The notes under the pieces are model-generated. The model was given only the letters and a program-made list of their open reading frames with translations, was not told the origin of the DNA and searched no databases. From an uncultured Candidatus Cloacimonadota bacterium (lineage in GTDB: Bacteria > Cloacimonadota > Cloacimonadia > Cloacimonadales > TCS61), in the NCBI GenBank assembly GCA_964604155.1, contig CAZRXY010000120.1, positions 85 to 64,084 of the forward strand: 64,000 nucleotides of DNA, written 5' to 3'. The translations under genes and the position numbers were made by a program. Shown piece by piece: positions 19,296-26,362 of the stretch. Each line of letters opens with the position of its first letter. Position 1 is the stretch's first letter.

Positions 19296-20867
19296 ATGAA
19301 AAAATTATTTATCTTCTTCATCATATCAATTTTAATAAATCTTGCAGCAAGAGAAATAGTGCCGGATGAGGTGCTTGTTATGTTCCAAAGCAATGTGCCT
19401 CAGAGCAGGCAGATTGAGATCATGCAATCTGAGAAGCTCGCAGTTATCTACCAGCTATCCGTCCGGCTGTCTATCTGGCACTGCCGGATAAATGATGATA
19501 AATCTCCTGCTGATGCTGTGCTTGAACTAAAAAAATATGCTGAAGTTAAATTTGCCCAACCTAATCATAGAGTGGAGCTGCGAGAGACTCTGCCCGATGA
19601 TGAATATATTGATCTGCAATGGTGTCTGCACAATACTGGACAAACCGGCGGGACGCCGGGTGCTGATATCGCTGCCGCCTCTGCCTGGGATATAGAAACC
19701 GGAGGGATATCAGCCAGGGGCGAAGACCTCGTGATAGCAATAGTGGATAATGGTACATACCTGACCCATCCGGATTTAAATTTCTATAAAAATGTACATG
19801 AAATCCCGGGAAACGGCATTGATGATGATGGTAATGGTTATATAGATGATTATGACGGCTGGAATGCCTATAACCATACGGGAAATCCCGGGACAGGCTC
19901 TCATGGCACTCACGTGAGCGGCATAGCAGCAGCTCGGGGAAATAATAGTGCCGGCGTAAGCGGAGTAAACTGGAATGCCCAGATAATGCCGATAGCCGGC
20001 TCTTCTTCATCGGAAGCCACTGTAGTGGAAGCCTATGGCTATGTGCTGGAAATGCGCAGCCGTTATAATGAAACAAACGGTGCCGAGGGTGCTTTGGTGG
20101 TAGCAGCTAATTCTTCTTTTGGCATCAATGGCGGCAATCCGGCAGATTATCCAATCTGGAGTGCCATGTATGACAGCCTGGGGATAGCGGGTGTGCTTAG
20201 CATGGGAGCGACTGCAAATGCAAATTGGAATATCGATGAAATGGGTGACATGCCCACAGCCTGCGAAAGCGAATGGTTGATTTCTGTAACAAATACCACT
20301 CATACAGATGCCAAAAATTCTTCTGCAGCTTATGGCTTGCAAACAATAGACCTGGGAGCCCCGGGAACCAGTATCTATTCAACAGATACCAATACTTCGG
20401 GCTATAGTTATAAGACAGGCACTTCGATGGCGTCGCCGCAGGTGGCAGGAGCCGCAGCTTTTTTGATGTCTGTATTACCGGCAGTAACATTGCAGGAATA
20501 CCTTGATGCCCCGGGAGAGCTGGCAATTGTCATCCGCGATGCTATCTTTGCAGGAACAGATCCTCTGGAGGCACTTGATGGGGTCACGGTCACAGGCGGC
20601 AGACTGAATATTTATAATTCACTGCTGTTTTTGCGGAATGGTGATTATGGTGATATCACAGATAATGGTGTGATAGACGCCTATGATGCGTCTCAGGTCT
20701 TGCAGTATATGGTGGGGATAAATCCTGGCGGTGCTTCGCTGCCCTGGGAAATCTGGAGAAAGGGCAGGGCAGACGTGGATGGAAACGGATTTATAGAAGC
20801 TTACGACAGTTCGCTAATCCTTAGATTTTCTGTGGGAATGATAGATACTTTTCCGGTGGAAGATTAG
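19296..20867 (+). CDS. subtilisin-like serine protease (S8) with C-terminal dockerin-like module
   Basis: Signal peptide, catalytic motifs IVDNG, HGTHVSG and GTSMASPQVAG, and C-terminal repeats DITDNGVIDAYDASQVLQY and DVDGNGFIEAYDSSLILRF. Start at the ATG at 19296 (GGAGG upstream). Confidence 0.9.
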   Translation: MKKLFIFFIISILINLAAREIVPDEVLVMFQSNVPQSRQIEIMQSEKLAVIYQLSVRLSIWHCRINDDKSPADAVLELKKYAEVKFAQPNHRVELRETLPDDEYIDLQWCLHNTGQTGGTPGADIAAASAWDIETGGISARGEDLVIAIVDNGTYLTHPDLNFYKNVHEIPGNGIDDDGNGYIDDYDGWNAYNHTGNPGTGSHGTHVSGIAAARGNNSAGVSGVNWNAQIMPIAGSSSSEATVVEAYGYVLEMRSRYNETNGAEGALVVAANSSFGINGGNPADYPIWSAMYDSLGIAGVLSMGATANANWNIDEMGDMPTACESEWLISVTNTTHTDAKNSSAAYGLQTIDLGAPGTSIYSTDTNTSGYSYKTGTSMASPQVAGAAAFLMSVLPAVTLQEYLDAPGELAIVIRDAIFAGTDPLEALDGVTVTGGRLNIYNSLLFLRNGDYGDITDNGVIDAYDASQVLQYMVGINPGGASLPWEIWRKGRADVDGNGFIEAYDSSLILRFSVGMIDTFPVED

Positions 20868-23116
20868 GCAGCTTTGCCCAGGAATTGTGAGGGCTTAAGC
20901 TTTAACGCCAGATAAAAAGCGGCAAAAGCAGCCAGGCAGATAGCTATCCACATCAAAGATACGGCAGGGTGGGCTGCAAAAGTGGCTATCTGGTAGTATA
21001 AAGTGGCAATTATCCAGGCAAGAACCGTAAGATATCCCACCACAAAGACAGTCCAGCCCATATTTGTTTCACGGTATATAGCACTGATCACTGCTACGCA
21101 GGGAGCATAGATCAGGACGAATAATAGAAAGGCAAAAGCTGCTGCGCGATCACCTTTGAACCCTTTTTGCACCATACCCACCAGCTTGCCTTTATCTTCG
21201 GCTAGCCCCGTTTCTGCTAATCCAAATCCTGCGGGGATTGCCAAAAATGCCTCTGCAATACTATCCCAGAAATTAAATTCTTCTATCTCCTGTTCTTCTG
21301 TCTTTTCCTGATGTTCCTGCTGAGTGTAGAGGGCATCCAGCGAGCCGATCACGGCTTCTTTGGCAAAGACTCCCGCAATAAGTCCCACAGTAGCAGGATA
21401 ATTATCATTTTGTATGCCCATAGGTCTGAAAACCGGGGTCGTTTTTTTTGCCAAAAACGTGATCACGGAATTTTCTGAATCCTCATTTCCAAAGGTACCA
21501 TCTGTGCCAATAGAATTTAAAAAACTGAGAATGAGAACTATGATAATGATTACCTGTCCCGCTCTGAGTATAAAGGATTTAAGACGCAGCCAGGTGTGCA
21601 GCATGATACCATTTATCGTGGGAATATGATATGGTGGTAATTCCATAACAAAGGTAGAAATTTCTCCCTTCAGGATAGTAGATTTAAATAGTAATCCAGA
21701 TAAAATTGCCAGCACAATGCCGGTAAAATAAATGGAAAAAAGCGTAAAGCCGGCTCGGTGTGAAAAGAAGGCTGCTACAAAAATTGAATACACTGGTAGT
21801 CTGGCACCACAGGACATAAAAGGATTCATGATTATAGTTAAAATGCGGTCACGGTTGTTTTCCAAAGTACGAGTCGCCAGTATAGCAGGAACATTGCAGC
21901 CAAATCCCACCAGCATGGGAATAAATGCCTTCCCGGGTAAGCCTATTGTCCGCATAAACCTGTCCATCACAAATGCTGCCCGTGACATATAACCCGAATC
22001 TTCCAGAATAGATAATGACAGGAATATAAAGAAAATAGGCGGAATAAAGGTGGATACCGTCTGCACGCCGCCACCCAGCCCGTCTGCCAGAAGCGTAACC
22101 AGCCAGGCAGGTAATGAAATCGCCTCCAGAAGTACCCTGAAACCATCGACAAAGATCGTACCCATAAAGCTGTCAAAAAAATCTATAAATGGACTTCCCA
22201 CGTTCATCGTAAGGTAGAATACCAGCATCATAACGACCAGGAAAAATGGAATGCCCAGATAACGGTTCAGCACAAATTTATCGATAGTATCTGTGAGATC
22301 CCTCAAATTTGCTGTTTTGCGATGTAGAGTGTCCCGCACAAGCCCCTTCACAAAGCCATGACGCCCATCTGCCATTACTACATCTATCGGGTCTCCCGTA
22401 TGATGCTCTATTCGGCAAACCTGCTCAGCTATTATGCCGTCTGCTTTGCCCTCGGTGTATTTTTCAGCAATATAATTATCTTCCAATGATCGTAATGCCA
22501 GCCAGCGACTATCGATATTATACTTTTCTGCAAAGACTACTACCTGAGGTTCCAAAACCTCAAGAGCCATCTCAACTATGGAATCATATTGTACTTTCGT
22601 GGAAGAAATGTGTTTGGATGCGGCAATTTCTTCTATTTGGCTCAATAATGCGTCAAAACCTCGGTTTTTATTCGCAGTTACAGGAATAACGGGGCAATCT
22701 ACGTGTTTCTGAAAATGATCTAATTCCAGATGAAGATTATTGGATTCCAGTAAATCCATCATATTGAGCACGATAATGAGCGGAACCTTCATTTCCAGTA
22801 TCTGAGTAGTCAGATAGAGATTACGCTGCAAATTTGAGGCGTCCACAACCTGCAGAACCAGGTCTGCCTGATGTGATAATAAATAATCCCTTGCCACCCG
22901 CTCATCTTCGGAACTGGCTGAAAGCGAATAGATTCCCGGCAAATCTATCACTCTTATCTTCTTGCCATTATAAGTATAAAATCCCTCTTTGAGCTCTACC
23001 GTAACGCCGGGCCAATTACCCACTACCTGCCTGGATTTGGTTAATGTATTAAATACTGTAGTCTTGCCGCTATTCGGATTACCTGCAATAGCTATGGTCA
23101 ATTCATTTTTTTTCAT
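20864..23116 (-). CDS. feoB: ferrous iron transporter FeoB
   Basis: N-terminal G-domain GNPNSGKTTVFN and DLPG, followed by a large polytopic membrane domain. Confidence 0.95.
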   Translation of the reverse strand: MKKNELTIAIAGNPNSGKTTVFNTLTKSRQVVGNWPGVTVELKEGFYTYNGKKIRVIDLPGIYSLSASSEDERVARDYLLSHQADLVLQVVDASNLQRNLYLTTQILEMKVPLIIVLNMMDLLESNNLHLELDHFQKHVDCPVIPVTANKNRGFDALLSQIEEIAASKHISSTKVQYDSIVEMALEVLEPQVVVFAEKYNIDSRWLALRSLEDNYIAEKYTEGKADGIIAEQVCRIEHHTGDPIDVVMADGRHGFVKGLVRDTLHRKTANLRDLTDTIDKFVLNRYLGIPFFLVVMMLVFYLTMNVGSPFIDFFDSFMGTIFVDGFRVLLEAISLPAWLVTLLADGLGGGVQTVSTFIPPIFFIFLSLSILEDSGYMSRAAFVMDRFMRTIGLPGKAFIPMLVGFGCNVPAILATRTLENNRDRILTIIMNPFMSCGARLPVYSIFVAAFFSHRAGFTLFSIYFTGIVLAILSGLLFKSTILKGEISTFVMELPPYHIPTINGIMLHTWLRLKSFILRAGQVIIIIVLILSFLNSIGTDGTFGNEDSENSVITFLAKKTTPVFRPMGIQNDNYPATVGLIAGVFAKEAVIGSLDALYTQQEHQEKTEEQEIEEFNFWDSIAEAFLAIPAGFGLAETGLAEDKGKLVGMVQKGFKGDRAAAFAFLLFVLIYAPCVAVISAIYRETNMGWTVFVVGYLTVLAWIIATLYYQIATFAAHPAVSLMWIAICLAAFAAFYLALKLKPSQFLGKAA

Positions 23117-23393
23117 CTATCTTTTCAAGGATCAGCTCTTCTGCCTCTACCGCCCGCAGTGATAGACGATACCCATTGATCTTGATCTCAATAGGATCCC
23201 CCATCGGCGCTCTGCCCATTACATGGAATTCCTCCCCACGCAATAAACCCAGATTAAGAAGCTTCTTGCGGAAATGACAGTTCAAACCCTTATAGCCAAT
23301 TATGCGGTAAGATTCACCTTCCGTCATCTGCCTGTGCACTCGGTGCAAGCGGCGACAACGCTTATGCCTCTTCAGATGCCTGCCAAAATCCAT
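23103..23393 (-). CDS. feoA: FeoA-domain protein with a basic His/Arg/Cys-rich N-terminal extension
   Basis: FeoA SH3-like core (YRIIGY..LLNLGLLRGEEFHV..PIEIKINGYRLSLR). It overlaps the feoB start. GGAGG lies 6 nt upstream of the ATG at 23393. Confidence 0.85.
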   Translation of the reverse strand: MDFGRHLKRHKRCRRLHRVHRQMTEGESYRIIGYKGLNCHFRKKLLNLGLLRGEEFHVMGRAPMGDPIEIKINGYRLSLRAVEAEELILEKIDEKK

Positions 23394-23759
23394 CGCTGAC
23401 CTCCTATCCTTTTAACTGCGAATTTTTGCGGTGCAATATTCCTGTCAAGAAATATGTTAGTCACGTCTAACTTTTTAGCTGAGATGGCGGTTTTAATGGT
23501 ACAAAGTAAGTACTAAGATGTGATTTTGCCTGGCACTGCCCTGAACCTAATTGGTAAATTGATCGGTAGTTTATGCATCTTCTATTTATGAGTGGTTTCC
23601 TGGGTCTATTTGTTATCTCCCATTGTAGCGGGTTCTGGTGCTGCATAATTCCGCATAATCTAATTTTTGATTCTTCCAGATTTGAGCGTGTGGTTCTATG
23701 GTGTTGGATATTATTTTATGGACATTATGGGCTCGGGGAATTTTGTGCTCAGCATCCGT

Positions 23760-23880
23760 CCTCACCTTCCTTCACCTCTTCGCATCTTCGCATCTTCGCA
23801 TCTTCGCATCTTCACCCCTTCTCCTCTTCACCCCTTCTCCTCTTCGCCTCTTCGCCTCATTGCCTCTTCGCCTCATTGCC
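23760..23880. repeat. CT-rich tandem repeat array with 8-nt periodicity
   Basis: cgcatctt x4 (23781-23812), caccccttctcctctt x2 (23813-23844), then cgcctctt, cgcctcattgcctctt and cgcctcattgcc. Confidence 0.9.
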
Positions 23881-24308
23881 TGGTGCGGCTTGTGTAAGTC
23901 CATTGTTACCAATTTTATCAAACAGATTGGTTAGAATATCGGGGGTTGTCAGCAATATTTTGTTAATTGCAAGTAATATATGGTTAGTTGAGTGGAAATC
24001 ATGATAATTGTTGGATTTTATTTTTTGCCAAAAAATCAAGAGAGTGCCTATATATTTCTAAAAAACGAAAAAGTGTGGCAGACACAGGTTAAAGCTATAT
24101 ACGTTAATAATATACGGTGTCACTTTAGTGCCACTCTTTGTTTTATTACTGTATTATATTATTTAGCAGAGGGTTATGGGGGAAATTTTAATTTTTAATA
24201 TTGAATTTTGAATGAGGGGAGGGAGGGGGGCTGGCTTTTGACAAACTTATGTCATTGCTATTTTTTTCATTTTTTTTTAAAGTTTACTCTGCGAAATTTA
24301 CTGATAAT

Positions 24309-25955
24309 CTATTTGATTAGCAGGCATTTGCTTTTGGCAGCTAATATTCCATTGGCATAAATGCTCACGAGGTAAATCCCTGAGGGGGCGTCATCCGGCA
24401 GCCAGCGGAACATTTGGTCACCTTCAGGTAAAAAGCCTTTATATATTGTGTCAATAATCTTGCCGGTGATATCAAAAATTTTGATACTGATAAATTTCTG
24501 TTCGTACAGGGAGAATTTTATGGAAGTATCGGGATTAAATGGATTAGGGAAAATGGTGAAATTACTGAGATTGGCTGGGGGCAATTCGTTCAGCGGGGAA
24601 TCGCTGGAATTATCGGTGGAAAAGGTATAGAGAGCAGCGGGGGCTGTGCGTGGCAGAGTTTCTGTTCTGCCGGAATAATCTACTGCCGTGATATAGTACT
24701 CATAATCTGTTTCCGTATCGAGAGCTGTTATCTGAGTTGTAAAGGTATCCTGCATGACGGTGGCGATCAGATTCTGGTAATTGAATTGCGAATTTCCTGT
24801 TTCACGCCACATCAGATAAAGCTGAGCCATATTCAATTCTGCTCCGCTATAAGGGATGATGCGGCAGAAGATATCTATATCCTGATTTGCCGGCATCAGT
24901 GGGTCAAGCGGTCTGTGCTGCATATAGAGCATATCTCTATCAATTATTTCTCTCACGCGGCAGTGCAGAGCATCGTAATAATACCAGGCATTGAAATAGA
25001 TACCAATCACTTCGTATCCGGGCATTGCTTCCTGATAGGTGGCAAGTGCCTGACTATCTGCCGGAATGCCAAACATAGGCACCAGCACCTTATGATTAAG
25101 AATATAGGAATTAGTGTAGGCGGCGCAATTACCACCGGAATAGGGTGGACAATCTATTCTGATAATTGTGTAATCTCTGCCATAACAATTCTGCATTCGG
25201 GCGAATTCTTCATCTATGCTCTCCATTCTCTGGTATTCAGGATGCCAATCAGGGAGTCTTTTTATCATTACAGTCTCTTCATTCAATAATTTTGCTCCGC
25301 AATCTATATGCTGGATACCATGATTTTCTATATTCGGCAAAATCTGATAATCTGTGATCCCGCAATATTCATTGATAAGGTTAAAAAAATCTTCATTATT
25401 CCAGCCCAGGCCATAATTTTCAGCCAGCATCTGCTGCGTGGAAAAAGCGGTATTCTGTCCATCAGTCATAATATTGCCACCTGTGAGATATGCTGGCAGA
25501 TAAAAGACCTCGCAATCAAATTCATCACCAAGTATCTGATTAACCACATTGTCATCATCATATTCTCTACCCCCGGGTACCCAGGGATAGCCATCAAACT
25601 CAGGATCAATAATTCCCCACTGGTTATCACCATAAAAAATGTTTTGCGGACCCCAGTCCCGAGTCCAGTGGGAATTTGTGACGGCATAGATAAAACGGCA
25701 GTGCTCTGTATTAACGCCGTAGGAAGAAAGAGAATACAAAGCTGCGGCTGATTCAGCCTCATTTTCCACTAGTACAAAAAGCGAGTCATCCATCGCCAGG
25801 TTATAAACCAGCTCCGGCGGTATTCCCAGGGGCCAGCGGATCAATGTACCCCTCACCGCTTCCCATTCTGCGCAATATCGCACCGGGGCTTCAGGTTGAG
25901 CCTGCAGGTATAAAGAAAGAGCCACCAGGCAAAACAAGATAATTTTCTTCATCAC
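24309..25955 (-). CDS. secreted PAD_porph-family deiminase (agmatine/peptidyl-arginine deiminase type) with T9SS C-terminal domain
   Basis: Signal peptide, the motifs WTRDWGP, HIDCGAKLL, TNSYILNHKVLVPMFG and ALHCRV (candidate catalytic Cys), and a C-terminal FPNPFNPDTSIKFSL..GIYLVSIY..CLLIK. Confidence 0.8.
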   Translation of the reverse strand: MMKKIILFCLVALSLYLQAQPEAPVRYCAEWEAVRGTLIRWPLGIPPELVYNLAMDDSLFVLVENEAESAAALYSLSSYGVNTEHCRFIYAVTNSHWTRDWGPQNIFYGDNQWGIIDPEFDGYPWVPGGREYDDDNVVNQILGDEFDCEVFYLPAYLTGGNIMTDGQNTAFSTQQMLAENYGLGWNNEDFFNLINEYCGITDYQILPNIENHGIQHIDCGAKLLNEETVMIKRLPDWHPEYQRMESIDEEFARMQNCYGRDYTIIRIDCPPYSGGNCAAYTNSYILNHKVLVPMFGIPADSQALATYQEAMPGYEVIGIYFNAWYYYDALHCRVREIIDRDMLYMQHRPLDPLMPANQDIDIFCRIIPYSGAELNMAQLYLMWRETGNSQFNYQNLIATVMQDTFTTQITALDTETDYEYYITAVDYSGRTETLPRTAPAALYTFSTDNSSDSPLNELPPANLSNFTIFPNPFNPDTSIKFSLYEQKFISIKIFDITGKIIDTIYKGFLPEGDQMFRWLPDDAPSGIYLVSIYANGILAAKSKCLLIK

Positions 25956-25961
25956 ACAATC

Positions 25962-26357
25962 CTAATACCGGTAGTATAGTTTTTCCAGGAATTTTTGTTT
26001 GGCATCATTTTCCTCTTTGTAAAATTTTTCATTCCAGATAGTATGGAAATCGCCGTCTGCTTCAAAATACAAATTTTCGGTTTTGCCTAGAAAGTCTGAT
26101 AACTGGCTATTCAGGGATAAAAAGGTGCCAGCTATCGGCTGAGGTCGCACCGGGTAATTCACGGCATAATTATCATTATAAAATTTTTTATTGCGTTCCC
26201 ATTTGCTCACGGGCAGCAGCAGTAATCTGCCCGGTTTTGCGGCTATCATCACCACTCTGTGCACTCGTCGGTTCTGCAATTCTCTGCGTATCTGATTAGG
26301 CAGCCTGAACTTGCCATTATCGTATAATTTACAGGAAGGATATTGCAAAATATCCAT
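25962..26357 (-). CDS. hypothetical protein, possibly a divergent MraZ/SpoVT-AbrB-like fold
   Basis: CKLYDNGKFRLPNQIRREL resembles the MraZ motif D-x-KGR-x-x-LP. The overall length and a second weaker repeat fit. The similarity is weak. Confidence 0.4.
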   Translation of the reverse strand: MDILQYPSCKLYDNGKFRLPNQIRRELQNRRVHRVVMIAAKPGRLLLLPVSKWERNKKFYNDNYAVNYPVRPQPIAGTFLSLNSQLSDFLGKTENLYFEADGDFHTIWNEKFYKEENDAKQKFLEKLYYRY

Positions 26358-26362
26358 AACTA

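Noticed and set aside
20864-20867. The convergent protease and feoB genes share their stop codons (TTAG: TAG on plus, TAA on minus), leaving no room for terminators.
   Set aside because: The observation is real, but overlaps of this kind are common in compact genomes. There is no further evidence of regulatory significance.
23760-23880. A possible CRISPR array, considered because of the tandem repeats.
   Set aside because: The units are 8-16 nt and directly abutting, with no unique spacers. There is no cas gene in the window.
23573-24039. Overlapping track ORFs 23573-24004, 23667-23897 and 23698-23934 (+) and 23857-24039 (-).
   Set aside because: All three plus-strand frames are open at once only because the C/T-rich tandem array cannot encode stop codons. 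The products are Ser/Leu/Pro/Phe repeats, and none has an RBS.
24226-24240. The G-run GGGGAGGGAGGGGGG as a G-quadruplex element, along with a similar G-rich stretch at 17443-17464.
   Set aside because: Only three clear G-tracts are separated by single-A loops, and there is no supporting context. It is mentioned within the spacer finding but not called as a feature.
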